Source: an uncultured virus (IMG/VR IMGVR_UViG_3300032897_000528) (taxonomy: Duplodnaviria; Heunggongvirae; Uroviricota; Caudoviricetes). Taken from it: 64,000 bases of DNA. This document shows, piece by piece, positions 47,119 to 57,948 of the stretch. Location: the IMG/VR virus record IMGVR_UViG_3300032897_000528, one strand, 5' to 3'. Position 1 is the first letter of the stretch. Each line of letters opens with the position of its first letter. The position numbers were made by a program, and so were the translations under genes. Under the pieces are notes generated by a model. The model ran no database searches. It had not been told where the DNA came from and saw only the letters and a list, made by a program, of their open reading frames with translations.

Positions 47119-47866
47119 GCCATAACTCCTCGAAGCTTGGCGGCGATCCTAGTGCTCGACAGCCTCCTTGCCCTCTCCTTGAGATCGCCCTCCGAGCAGT
47201 ACTTGTTCCCGAGAGCTCCCGACAGCACAGACGCGAGCACGCCGTCGACCGCGAACATCTGCGGGCTCGCATCTCCAGGGATCATCAAGACGGACACCCC
47301 GTCAGGAAGCCTCGGCAGCTGCTCGTCCTGCTCGCTGGTCAGGGGACAGCGAAACTCGGCGAGCGCCCTCGAGACCCAGACGACAGCGCCAGGATTCCTG
47401 AGGTGCTCCGCATAGAACTTATTCTCGACTTCTCGCAGCTTAGAGAACACGTCATGAGCTGCCACGAGCTGGGCCCTCGTGTGGACGGCGCACGCGCAGC
47501 ACCCATCCCACAGGCGGACCAGAAGATCCTCGCGCGTAGAGAACCCGCACGCGCAGCAGATCTCGTCGCGCATCCAGTCCACCTACTGCTCCTCCATGTA
47601 AGACGAATCGTTCTCCACGGCGTGCCTACTTTATAGTTTGCCTCTTGAGCCTGGCGGAACCGGCGTAGCTCACGGTCGTGGTCAACTGACAACAACCCTC
47701 GTACATCTCGACGCACACGGCCTTCGAGTAGTCATGGTCTCCTCCTTCCGACTGACTGACCTTCACCTCCCCCTCGTCGCAGGAGAGGCTGACTCTCTTG
47801 ACCCCGCCGAACGGTCCCCAAGTGAACGGCCACCTCTTCGTCTTCACCCGGACCTTCAAGCGGAAG

Positions 47867-48766
47867 TTACTGGTTCCCATCAGCACCTCCTGGGGAGGCC
47901 GCCTGGCGACCCGAGAGCATGAGCTTGTCCCAGTCGACGTCGATGGCCTCCCGGACCGCCTCCGAGTCGCGGAACGTCCGCATCGTAGCGTCATGCGACT
48001 CGGGCGAGAGCTTCCCGAAGTGGTATCGCGTGCGGACGAAGAGGAGGGCCGTCTGCAGGGTGTCCTGCTGGCAGTAGCGCCTGATCTTGGCAGCGTGCTC
48101 GGCCGACAGCTCAGGCTGCTCCGCCACCTGCCGGTAGAGAACGTCGACCTTGTCGCCAGACATGTCCGTCTTGCCCGGCAGCCCTATGAGCCTGGCGCAG
48201 TCGCCGAGCCGCATCTGGCGGCTGGCACCGTAGTCGGACAGGTAGTCCATGAGGTCGCAGTGCCCCTCCGTCGAGTACCTGTAGCGCCTCTCCTCCTTAC
48301 CGCCCTGCTTCTTGTAGTACCACCCGCACGATACTCTGTGCTTGAGCGAGCGCATGGAGATGACGGGCAGGTCGAAGCCCCGGCCGTTCCACGTCACCAG
48401 ATGGACGTCATCGCATATGCCCGCGCCGAACTTGTCCAAGATGATCCGCTCCTGCCTGTCGGCCTCCGCGAGGTCCCACGGGCACCACAGGCAGTCGCTC
48501 CAGCACCCGCCGAAGCGGTACTTCGGGTCGTGGTTCAAGTCGAACACGACGTCCACGCAGCTGAGCGCCACCACCCGGCACGCCTGCGGAGGAGGGAAGG
48601 GCTCCACCACGGCGACACCGGCAGCTGACATCATCACGACGCTCCCGAGGCCCGACCCACCGCCAACCTGCTGCAGCGGACCGGGCACGAGCTTGTACGC
48701 GGGCTCCCCCCGAGTCCAGCAGGACTCGTCGGGCACGGTCTCGATGTCGAGCACCCGGAATATCAC
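47867..48766 (-). CDS. 3'-5' exonuclease (PolB-exo2-like)
   Basis: LDIETVPD, TWNGRGFDLP, HCDLMD, GLPGK, YCQQD; GTGA coupling. Confidence 0.85.
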   Translation of the reverse strand: MIFRVLDIETVPDESCWTRGEPAYKLVPGPLQQVGGGSGLGSVVMMSAAGVAVVEPFPPPQACRVVALSCVDVVFDLNHDPKYRFGGCWSDCLWCPWDLAEADRQERIILDKFGAGICDDVHLVTWNGRGFDLPVISMRSLKHRVSCGWYYKKQGGKEERRYRYSTEGHCDLMDYLSDYGASRQMRLGDCARLIGLPGKTDMSGDKVDVLYRQVAEQPELSAEHAAKIRRYCQQDTLQTALLFVRTRYHFGKLSPESHDATMRTFRDSEAVREAIDVDWDKLMLSGRQAASPGGADGNQ

Positions 48767-49332
48767 CTCATGGCCTCTATGCGGTTGAAGACGCAGAGGA
48801 AGCTCTGCTCCGCCCGGGAGGGCTCGAGGCAGCCGATCTCGCCAACTACGCCACCGTAATTGAACCCCCAGCTCTTCTTGACCTCCGCCGGTGCCGTCGG
48901 GAAGAGGTACGCCATCTCGATCCCGCGGACCTCGTCGTCCACCTTCTTGACGAGCTCCCGCATGGCAGCGTCGACCTCCCCCGCGACGCCGAGCTTCTCG
49001 CAGATCGCCCCCATCCAGGCTGCCTCGAGATCCCTGTACCATTCCATCTGCGGCAGCTCCTTGAAGGGAGCGACGGCGTCGTCGAGGTAGACCTCGGCGG
49101 CATCGTGGAAGAGCAGCGCCATGAGACCGACACGATTGTCACAACCCATTCGAATGAGACCGTTCAAGTAGACGAGCACCGAGTGCTCGGCCACCGAGTA
49201 GAGCTGACTCGTGTGACCACCGTAGCGGCAGGTCTGCGAGAGGGCGTGCGCGATGTCCGCGACGTCGACGACAGACGCGTCCGGGCTCATAGGATCGTAG
49301 ACCTTGCCCGAGCTGGTGAGACATTGCCCCAT
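48763..49332 (-). CDS. HD-domain phosphohydrolase (YfbR-like deoxynucleotidase)
   Basis: IAHALS..CRYGGH..YSVAEH..FHDAAEVY..D..P.K. Confidence 0.85.
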   Translation of the reverse strand: MGQCLTSSGKVYDPMSPDASVVDVADIAHALSQTCRYGGHTSQLYSVAEHSVLVYLNGLIRMGCDNRVGLMALLFHDAAEVYLDDAVAPFKELPQMEWYRDLEAAWMGAICEKLGVAGEVDAAMRELVKKVDDEVRGIEMAYLFPTAPAEVKKSWGFNYGGVVGEIGCLEPSRAEQSFLCVFNRIEAMR

Positions 49333-49380
49333 AAAAAATCTCCAGTCAATTAAGGTTTTACCCTACTATAGATGAGGGTG

Positions 49381-50169
49381 TCAAGTACCTTCATCAGGTG
49401 GACGTGTCTCTCGGACTGCTACCTCTTGGACGACGACCTCGCCTTCGCAGTAACTTACCATCGACGCAGTCAGCCTATAACCATACTCCATCCAGACTTC
49501 AGACGTGTCGCGCGTGGCGAAGTCGCTCCGCACCTCCGGAGCGTACTTCGCTCTGGCTGTCTCCCGCGCGCGCTCCCGAGCTCCGTCACATCCTACCACG
49601 GCAAGCACGCCGTCCAGCGGGCTCGGTGCCGCCTCGCCGCGGGCAGCAGTCGCAGCCCGTCCCACCAGCACGAGCTTGGCCAGGGCGTAGGCAGCGCCCA
49701 CCCGGAACGACCGCGCGGCCCTCCGGCTGCCGCACTCGCCGAGCTCAGCGGCCACCTCAGGGTCGCGGACCGCCTCCCCCACCTCCCTGACCATTCGGCC
49801 CTCGACCGCTCCCACGGCGGCGATCATCTGGCCGGCGAGGTCTAGCGCCCTCCTGACGGAGTCGCCCTCGCCGGACACCCGCACCTCGCGCCCCCTGCCC
49901 ATCGAGCCCGACACCGCGACCGCCCCGCAGGCCTCCGAGGCCGCGGCGACCACCACGAACTTCCAGGCGGGACCCCACTCTGGTCCCGAGAGCACCTCCT
50001 CGTGCTCCGCGACGCCTTCGACCTCCTTTCTCGCGTCGTCCTCGCTGAGCGCGTACTGACACCGCAGCCGCTCGGCCGCGGCCCTGGCTGCCGCTGCCTC
50101 GTGGTGGTTCGACGACGAGGACAGCGCCAGGAGCTTCGACAGCCGCTCTATGACCCTCCGAGGTGTCAT
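49381..50169 (-). CDS. DUF2786-domain protein
   Basis: IERLSKLLAL..SN.HEA.AA..A.RL..Y.L. Confidence 0.7.
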   Translation of the reverse strand: MTPRRVIERLSKLLALSSSSNHHEAAAARAAAERLRCQYALSEDDARKEVEGVAEHEEVLSGPEWGPAWKFVVVAAASEACGAVAVSGSMGRGREVRVSGEGDSVRRALDLAGQMIAAVGAVEGRMVREVGEAVRDPEVAAELGECGSRRAARSFRVGAAYALAKLVLVGRAATAARGEAAPSPLDGVLAVVGCDGARERARETARAKYAPEVRSDFATRDTSEVWMEYGYRLTASMVSYCEGEVVVQEVAVRETRPPDEGT

Positions 50170-50524
50170 GCCGTGGATTGTCTACGTCGTCGCTTCTTGA
50201 CGATCCTGACGTGCCTCTCCCAGTGAAACCAAGCCAACCGCCACGTCGAACTGATCTGTCCACCGCACGCGCACGCGACCTCCCAGTCTCCGTCATTGTT
50301 CTTGAAGACCTTAGGACGACCGCCGTGCGGACACTCAGAGAGAGGAATTCTCTGGGTGAACCACGAGCACCACCAGCGCCACTGCTTGACGACATAGTGG
50401 ACGGCTCTCACGAGAGAGCGAACGAGCACCAACCACCCCAGGCACGAGAGAATGAGGATGGTAACTCGTGCTGGCAGAGAGATCTTGTCGAGCCAGTGCA
50501 AACTGTCTAGCATTCCGATACCAA

Positions 50525-50782
50525 TCACTCAGTTGATTTTGGAACTGTCGATCCAATTTGACCCAGTAAAAAACCGAGACTGCGATTATGCTCCTCCTCG
50601 TCAGACTCAGAAAATCCGTAGAACGTGTCGATGCGCTCATGGACATCCCCAGCATCATCCTTGATCTGCATGCCATTCCCGAGTCCAACAGCCGCAAAGG
50701 CTTCTCGCGCTGAGGTAAGATCGTTGAACCTCATCTCTGTTGTACAACAGCCACAGTCATTTTTCGCGTAAACAGTTATCAT
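50525..50782 (-). CDS. Lower-GC hypothetical protein
   Basis: AAGGA ribosome-binding site; ends KSTE*. Confidence 0.55.
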   Translation of the reverse strand: MITVYAKNDCGCCTTEMRFNDLTSAREAFAAVGLGNGMQIKDDAGDVHERIDTFYGFSESDEEEHNRSLGFLLGQIGSTVPKSTE

Positions 50783-50844
50783 CAGTTTTTCCTTTCATTT
50801 CTCAATGTCGGCAATACCGACTCGGCCAATATGGTGCTTCCTCG

Positions 50845-51124
50845 CATGCCTATCCAATTGACGTCCTTTCTAGACGTTTCCACTCATTATAATCACGTCC
50901 TTCGATCTTTTGTCGTGATCTTCGTTGTGGGGCCACGTTTCCGTATCCATTTGCAAGGGACATGCTCCATCGTGTTCGCAACCTTCGCAATTGTGCATAC
51001 TTGTGGCCGTCTCTATTGATTCTTCCGGCACTTTTCCTTGATTAACCCAGTAATTGCACCCTGCCCATTTCACCATCTTCAAACTCCTATCGATCTGGTG
51101 GAGTGTGTGAACCGGATAAGCACG
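50845..51124 (-). mobile_element. Non-autonomous IS1595-type mini-cassette A (280 bp)
   Basis: Ends CATGCCTATCCAATTGAC / GTGAACCGGATAAGCACG; 8-bp TSD CTTCCTCG at 50837-50844 and 51125-51132. Confidence 0.88.
50870..51076 (-). CDS. Cassette A cargo: 68-aa Cys-containing protein
   Basis: AGGAG in cassette end; MVKWAGCNYW..CEGC..C. Confidence 0.65.
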   Translation of the reverse strand: MVKWAGCNYWVNQGKVPEESIETATSMHNCEGCEHDGACPLQMDTETWPHNEDHDKRSKDVIIMSGNV

Positions 51125-51719
51125 CTTCCTCGAGCTAACAAGCCAATCATGAACGAGCCTGCCTGAGCTGTCTTGAGATCTCGCGCTTTTGGTGTAGAGG
51201 CGACTTAGCATACCAAGCGTGCCACTCACAGTACCTCACGAGCAGGTCGCCACGCATGACTACCCCTCGAAAGGAGAAATTCTTCACTCGCTTCCACGTG
51301 CAGCCGCACTTCGACGTCGACACCTCGCCAGGAATCGACTCCAGCTCCTCCCGCAACTCTTTGTCCTGCGACTCTTGCGACATCGTAAACCTCATATCAG
51401 TAATCGTATTTACGAGACGCTAGAGCCTCAATCTCCCACCTGCCAACCATCATCTCGTAAGAGCAAGCGTCGAGCGACCAGCCCATGCTCGCGGCCAGCG
51501 CCGGGACCAGCTCAGCGTTTGGAACGTGGTCCACGTAGGGAGACACACCGAGTGAGTACGCCAGGTCGCAGAGCCCCTCGAAGCTCACATCCTCCACCGA
51601 GCCGTCCGGCCTCACGAGCTCGAGGCCGTACCACTTCGGGTAGTTCTCCACGGTCAAGACCGGTCGAGCTTGCGGTGCTCCCGCGTAGACCAGCGGGTGC
51701 CCTCGCCTCGACAAGTACG

Positions 51720-52637
51720 TCACGGCGTCGTCCCCGTGATGATGCACTCGACGACGTCACCCCGCCCCTCGCCGTCGCAGCTGATCTTGCGCTTGGCCTT
51801 GACCTTCCGGACGCTGAACTTGCGGATCTGATATTCCGCCACTAAGAGATCGTCGAGCGCCTGCGACACAACAACATGAGCCCCGCGGTCGCGCAGCTTT
51901 TCGGCGAGCTCGACGAGCTCCCTGTGTCGAGCCGCATCGAACCCGTCCCTCGTGTACCTCGTGAAGTGGGCCGTCCTCGACCTCGGCACGTACGGAGGGT
52001 CGAGGTACACGAGCGCCCCCCGCAGCAAGTTGGCATCGCGGTGCAGGACCCCCAGCAGGTACTCTTCAAATGACTGGCAACGGAAAGTCGTAGTCCTCTC
52101 TCGCATGAAATCAGCGCAGTCCCGCAGGTTCAAGGTGTCGCAGACGGTAACCCCTCCGTCCTTGCACCACGAGACGTTGTACTCCCCCCGGGAGTTGACC
52201 CGGTAGAGGCCGTTGTAGCAAGTCTTGTTGAGGAAGATGAACCTCGCAGCCGCCTCGACGTCCATCGGCTCGCCCAGCCCCGGGACGAGACTTCGCCCCC
52301 TCTCCCTGTAGTAGGTCCTCTCGGGATCTCGTCGATATTGAGACTCGATCATGGAGAGGTCACCGATCAGATGATCGGAGCTCCACGCCACCGCCTGCCA
52401 CGCGTTCATGAGCGCCGGGCACGCGTCATTGAGCTCGGCGTACTTGGGCCCGAGGTGGAAGTAGAGGGCCCCTCCCCCAACGAACGGCTCGTAGTAGTAG
52501 TCCCTCATCGGATCCCAAGCCGGAGGCACCGCCTCCCGCAGCTCCGAGAGCAGCTGCGTCTTGCCGCCCGCCCACTTGACGAACGGCCGCGCCCGGACCT
52601 CCTCGCGAGGGAACGTCACACCCGACTCCAGCCGCAC
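51720..52637 (-). CDS. dam: Dam-family adenine methyltransferase
   Basis: FVKWAGGK, YEPFVGGGA, FLNKTCYNGLYRVN, YLDPPY. Confidence 0.92.
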   Translation of the reverse strand: MRLESGVTFPREEVRARPFVKWAGGKTQLLSELREAVPPAWDPMRDYYYEPFVGGGALYFHLGPKYAELNDACPALMNAWQAVAWSSDHLIGDLSMIESQYRRDPERTYYRERGRSLVPGLGEPMDVEAAARFIFLNKTCYNGLYRVNSRGEYNVSWCKDGGVTVCDTLNLRDCADFMRERTTTFRCQSFEEYLLGVLHRDANLLRGALVYLDPPYVPRSRTAHFTRYTRDGFDAARHRELVELAEKLRDRGAHVVVSQALDDLLVAEYQIRKFSVRKVKAKRKISCDGEGRGDVVECIITGTTP

Positions 52638-53567
52638 TGCTCGAGCACATCCTTACCCACCGACGTCGCCGCAACGCCGAGAGGTTTCACCAGCACCTTG
52701 ACCGGGCGTCCCTCCTCCCACACGATGTCGTTGACCTCGAAGATCGCCCGCTCCGACCTGCCCTCGCAGGCGAACTTGTCGCCGATCCTGGGCAGCCCGT
52801 GCGGGCCGATCTCCACCTGCTTCGACATGGGGCCGTAGACCTCAGCACCGTTAGGCATGTAGCTCCCGACGCAGTACAAAACGCAGTACATCCTGACGAA
52901 TCCTGTCCCATTTTTCATCTTCACGCGAGCTCCTCCCGCCGGCATCGCAGCCAGCGCAGCAAGATACGACTCAGACCTCCCGTTATGCGCGAACAAGTCG
53001 GACGCCCTAGCGGCGATCTGCCTGCCTAGATCTGACGATGCCACTAGCAGACCTCGCCCTTCGGGATCTGAGTGAGGCTCGGCACCTGATCCAAGTGATC
53101 ACGCACGGACTTCTCGACAGCTCTGATGAGACCGTCGCTCGACGGTCCTCCCTCGAGCTCGGGTGCCTCGAGCACGCAGCACTGGGAGCTCCCCTCGACC
53201 ACGACCGCTACTACCACCAAGAGACCGCCGTGACTGTCGCATTTCTTCGAGAGACTGTCGGCCGCCTTCTTCACCACCGACTCCAGATCAAACGGAGTCG
53301 ACTTGAACGACTTCTGCGATCTCTTGCCCTGCTTCTCCATCAACTTCAAGACGCACTGAAAGCCTGAAGGCTCTCCTGGTATGTCTCTGATGTCGAAGAA
53401 CCAGGAGCCATGATCGTGCCTGGCCCGAATACGAGCTCTTGATACCCTCCTTGATAAGAGCTTCATCTTCTGGAGCTCTGAGATCAGATCTTCACCTCTG
53501 AGCTCGACGGACTCACTCCTCTCGAACTCTTCACCCTCGGGAGTGACGTCGAAGACTCGATAGACAG

Positions 53568-54116
53568 TCATCGAGCCCTCGACTTCTGCCAATGTGCCTT
53601 GTCTACCAGGGCGTCCAGCTCGCGGGCCGCGTACTCGCCCAGGTGCTCCTTCACGATCTTCCTAGCCGACCGCACGTCGACAGCTCCCAGCACGACCAAC
53701 GTCTTGACGTCTGACACGTCCTTGTCGCGAGCTGCCGCCATCTTCAGGGCCAGGAGGTAGTCAGGCCTCACCACCTTGAGCGGCAAACCCACGTCGACCG
53801 CGTGATCGACAGCCGCCACGTAGAGCGGCCGGTACTCGTCGGACCGAACCACCAATTTAACAGTGTGTCCCTGAGGAGTTCTCGCCACTACTCCCCCGAA
53901 GATGAGCTCCTCGACGTGCTCGACTCCCGGTAAGTATTCGTCTACCAGAGCCACGTCGACGTCCTTCGTGAGACGGTCCGACCCGTACGCCATCATCGCG
54001 ACACCACCTATGAGAGCAGCGTCGATGTCTTCTCGCGCCGCCATCTCGGCGACCTCAGCGATGGTCGCCTCGATGACGGCGGGGTCTAAGAACTTCACCC
54101 TCTTCTCGTTTCCCAT
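53568..54116 (-). CDS. Nucleotidyltransferase (MNT/DUF6036-like)
   Basis: LIGGVAM..YG..RLTKDVD; LLALK..A.RDKD..D; TTGACA-17-TAAAAA promoter at 54170-54142. Confidence 0.8.
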   Translation of the reverse strand: MGNEKRVKFLDPAVIEATIAEVAEMAAREDIDAALIGGVAMMAYGSDRLTKDVDVALVDEYLPGVEHVEELIFGGVVARTPQGHTVKLVVRSDEYRPLYVAAVDHAVDVGLPLKVVRPDYLLALKMAAARDKDVSDVKTLVVLGAVDVRSARKIVKEHLGEYAARELDALVDKAHWQKSRAR

Positions 54117-54173
54117 AAAGAGATCCTTCTTTTGATTCACATTTTTACCGGCAATTGTACCAAGTGTCAACTG

Positions 54174-55157
54174 CTAAAATAATTTGAGCTGCCTCCCGAG
54201 CCTCTCGCTCATCTGACGCCGCATATCACCATGAGCGGGAAACCCCACGACGCACCTGCGAGCCGCCACGCTGCACAGCCTGCAGGTGGCGCAGGACACT
54301 CCCTCCCGGGACACGGCCGGGCAGACGACCACCCTGCGCCCCCCGGGCGTCACGACCTTGGGCGGGTTGTGCTCGGGCAGGGTCACGACCACCGGTCCCA
54401 GGCAGAGCTCAGCCAGACTGTCAGCTTGCTCGACGCCGTCGGCCGACAGATTGATGACGAGCCCTCCTCGGAGCGTCGCCCGGCGCAGGGCCGCCCGGTT
54501 GGCGAGAGCCGTGCTGCCCGTCCCGAGCACCGGCTTGTGGGTGTACGTGAACCCCCTCGTGCGGCGGGCCGCCTCGCAGAGGTCGCGGAGCAGGTCGGAC
54601 GCCACGTCGTCGCCTTCACCCGGAAGGTCGCCTGCCTCGTTGTGGCGCCATAGCTGGCCTCCGGGCAGCTCCCTCACCCGCTCGAGAAAGTCGTCCCAGG
54701 GCAAGCCGGCCCCCAGCGAGAGCCGCCGCCAGTGCATGCCGGTGAAGTGGTGCTCGGCGTAGCACCCGCGACCGAGCCAGGGGCACGAGGTCGGGCAGGT
54801 CTCCGCGCTCGTCATCGACACCGGTATCGGCCCCGTCTTCGTGTTGCGAGAGCACGAGGTCCACTTGACGAGCAGACGACTCAAAGGAGCTGCCGGTCTC
54901 CTCTCGGCTCCCTGCCTCTGCCCGCTCCGACAAATGTAGCAGCACCTGACCCTCCTCCCCGCGCTCATGAAGTAAGCGACCTCCCGCCACGTGTAGCACT
55001 CCCTGCACCGTACCTCCTCTACGCCAGTGCCGCCGCAGACGGGGCACGGATCTCGGAGTCGTAGCTCCCCCCGGCATGCCGTGCACACCTTCTCGTAGGC
55101 GCGCGACTTGAGCTCGCTGGCGATCACCTGACCCGCCTCCTGGGCAGACCAAACCAC
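54174..55157 (-). CDS. Cys-rich phage protein, possibly Fe-S/radical-SAM-like, with N-terminal Zn finger
   Basis: NTKTGPIPVS..TCP.SCP..CYA, WRHNEAGDL, FTYTH, CPA..C..C.LC. Confidence 0.6.
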   Translation of the reverse strand: MVWSAQEAGQVIASELKSRAYEKVCTACRGELRLRDPCPVCGGTGVEEVRCRECYTWREVAYFMSAGRRVRCCYICRSGQRQGAERRPAAPLSRLLVKWTSCSRNTKTGPIPVSMTSAETCPTSCPWLGRGCYAEHHFTGMHWRRLSLGAGLPWDDFLERVRELPGGQLWRHNEAGDLPGEGDDVASDLLRDLCEAARRTRGFTYTHKPVLGTGSTALANRAALRRATLRGGLVINLSADGVEQADSLAELCLGPVVVTLPEHNPPKVVTPGGRRVVVCPAVSREGVSCATCRLCSVAARRCVVGFPAHGDMRRQMSERLGRQLKLF

Positions 55158-56323
55158 CTGAGCAAGAGTCTCAAGATCCCTCTCCCTGACCTATCGTATC
55201 GCGCTGACGATCGCCTCTCGTAGTCCCTTCTCCTAGATCTCCCACTCGTCACCTCGCGGGGTCGCATGAGCTCACCAGCTTCCTCACTACCTTCGCCGTG
55301 TTGTTGGGACCGTGGGCCGGCACCTTGACTAAGACGTGCTCGCTGTCGAAGTCGAGCACCAACACCAATACCCCGTCGCCGATCACCTCGCGATTCGCGA
55401 CGACGACGGCGACCTCCCTCTCATCAGCGTCGGTAAATGTCGCGACCTTCTCGGTCGAAAATAGACCAGGTTTAACGGACGCCCGCATCGTAGCTACTTG
55501 TTGGCGGTGAATCATGATCTTTTGCCTCTCCGGAAGTTTTCTTCTCCACGACTGGCCTTCGTGATCGGTGAACAGGACACCCGACCATCCTTCAGTCGTC
55601 GCTGTGAACATACCGCGCTGTCGATCTGCACCCGTGACTTCTCCTGTCCGGACGTCTCCATCAGACAGCACACCGAAAATCACCTGGATGGAATCACCGA
55701 CCTCCGGAAATCTCTTGGCAACCCGATCTGCCATCATGCTGCCCTCGCCTCCTCGCATCCTAGATTGGTCCGAACGCATCCTCTTACTCCACCGCACGCT
55801 ACTATCTTCCCAGATCGCAGCTCTGTAACTCCAAGAGAGCACTCGCTAGGTCAGTCTTTCCGGCCACCACCAAGTCCTCGATGGAGACGAGCCCCACCTC
55901 AAGTGCTCGAACGCCTGGTCGCTGACACTGACGTCTCGACACTTGACAGCGAGCGGCCTCGTCGCCAGTGGGCTCGTGATCTTGAGCTCGATCGTTATCG
56001 TCTTCATGGCATCCTCCTGTGTTCAACCAGCCGCTCCCACCGAGCGGCCCGTCAGCGCGCAGCGGTTGCACACCGCCACCCGCACCCGGTTACCGACGGT
56101 GGTCAGCTCGTCGCACGTGTGGCACCGCACCTCCTCCCTGGGCTCGTGGGCGTCCTTCCAGCGCCTGCACGCGAGCACGGCGATCCGGTCTGCCAGCACC
56201 TTGACAGTCTCGGACTTGGTCCCGGGAGCCACGTGGGGAGCCAGCATGAGCGCCACCTCCTTGGCGAACATAACCACCCTCTCGTCGTAGTCGAAGTCTA
56301 TGAGCAGCTGCCCCGAAGCCACG

Positions 56324-56596
56324 TCACTCACCTCCTCTCGGCGGTCTTCCCACCCGAGCCGGTATGACGCCTAGGTCGATCTGGAGCACCTGCACCCTCC
56401 TGTAGAGGTACGTCCGCGGCACCCCGAGAGCCGCCGCGGCGCGAGTGCGCGAGCCCCCGCACGACTGCAGAGCCTGTATGATGAGTATCCGCTCGTGCAG
56501 CGCCATGATCTGGGGCAGAGTGCGAGGCGGCTGCCGCTCTCCGCTTCTCTCGACGGAGGCGTCTCGCCGCCCCATCCTTTGGCTTGGCATTGGCAT
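56324..56596 (-). CDS. Fis-type HTH protein
   Basis: ERILIIQAL..GGSRTRAAAALGVPRTYLYRR. Confidence 0.8.
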   Translation of the reverse strand: MPMPSQRMGRRDASVERSGERQPPRTLPQIMALHERILIIQALQSCGGSRTRAAAALGVPRTYLYRRVQVLQIDLGVIPARVGRPPRGGE

Positions 56597-56802
56597 CTCG
56601 ACCTCCTTTCAGAGTCTCCAAGTACCCTTGATCCACCGCATGCTCATAGAGCTCCAGCTTCATCTCGTGCATGTATCCCAGCACCGACCCCCTGCGCTTG
56701 TACCGATGTTTCTTGGACACCTTCAAGTGCTCGTAGGCGTCCCGAAATGCCATGTTGAGCCGGAACTCGTCATACCCGGGCAGCCCGTGCCGCCTGCCCC
56801 AG

Positions 56803-57447
56803 CTAGACGGCACGCGAGCCCCTCCCGCATGCGGACTCGTCGCTCGTCGAGTGGAGATCTCCGCACTCCTCGCACCTGCAGAGGCTCGCGCGCAGAGCGC
56901 CTATGGCCTCGTTCTTGATCTGGCATACGCGACTCTCCGTCAAGCCCAGCCTCCTGCCGATCGACTTGAGGGTGTTGTCTTCTCGGTAGTACCACGTGAC
57001 GACGTCCCGGAGCCTGCCGGGCAGCCGCCCGACGGCCTCCCACAGGAGGTCGCGGCTCTCGCGGTCGAGCATCTGGGACTCGATGCTGCCTTCACAGGCG
57101 ATCTCCTCCAGGTCGTCGACCCTCATCTTGCGCACTAAGCACCACGCCGGCACGGCCTCCTCGCCGCCGGCGGCGATGGCCTGCCGGCCGTCCCGCTTGA
57201 CGTGGTCCATCGTTCGGAGCTCGTCGTACATGGCCCCGCGGACCCTGTGTACGGCGTACGCGCGCCAGAAGTCCATCACCTGGAGCTTCGCGGGGTCGTA
57301 GTTCCGCCACGCATCGAAGAGACCTGCCATGCCCGCCGCCACGAGGTCGTCGAACATATCCCACTGGCCCGACCGGCGCAGTATCAGCCGAGCTAAGCAC
57401 TCGACGCTGCGTCGCCGGTTCGACCACACCTCTTCGAACGACTTCAT
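56803..57447 (-). CDS. Sigma-70 family factor, FliA/WhiG-like
   Basis: DDLVAAG..GL, YAVHRVRGAMYDELR.MD, TLKSIG..LGLTESRVCQI. Confidence 0.88.
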   Translation of the reverse strand: MKSFEEVWSNRRRSVECLARLILRRSGQWDMFDDLVAAGMAGLFDAWRNYDPAKLQVMDFWRAYAVHRVRGAMYDELRTMDHVKRDGRQAIAAGGEEAVPAWCLVRKMRVDDLEEIACEGSIESQMLDRESRDLLWEAVGRLPGRLRDVVTWYYREDNTLKSIGRRLGLTESRVCQIKNEAIGALRASLCRCEECGDLHSTSDESACGRGSRAV

Positions 57448-57459
57448 GGCCGCTGACCA

Positions 57460-57948
57460 CTATACACCTCCCCCGGCGTCAGCCTGTGACACTCCAGCCA
57501 CTCGGGCACCGAGCCACAGCCCAAGCCTCGCCAGCACGCGCTCTACGACCATCACGGTGACCACGCCGACTCCCCTCATCTTGAGGAGGTCTCGCCGCCC
57601 GAGCCGCACGAGCTGCCCGACCGTCCGAACGGCTGACTGACTGCGGGTCAGCTCGGGATCTGCCAGGAGGACGAACGCATTTTTCTCGACCTCCGTCAAG
57701 TCCGGCAGCCCCGCGAGCTCGAGGTCTAAGAGGCCACCCTCGACGGTGACCGGCGCCGACAACTTCCTCGAGTACTCACCCCACCACCTCTCGCTCGACA
57801 GCACCACCACTGCCGTCATCTTCCCGCCCGACACCTCCACCTTGACGGCGAGCTTCTCGTCAGATGACAGTGAGAGCTCCCGGCGGGCGAACCCAAGCAC
57901 CTGCTCCCACACGCACGACACTGCCTTGTCGAAGTCACGAGCGTCCAC
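57460..57948 (-). CDS. Protein with RNA polymerase alpha-CTD-like C-terminus
   Basis: VRTVGQLV..RRDLLKMRGVG..VERVLARLGL.LG. Confidence 0.65.
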   Translation of the reverse strand: MDARDFDKAVSCVWEQVLGFARRELSLSSDEKLAVKVEVSGGKMTAVVVLSSERWWGEYSRKLSAPVTVEGGLLDLELAGLPDLTEVEKNAFVLLADPELTRSQSAVRTVGQLVRLGRRDLLKMRGVGVVTVMVVERVLARLGLWLGARVAGVSQADAGGGV

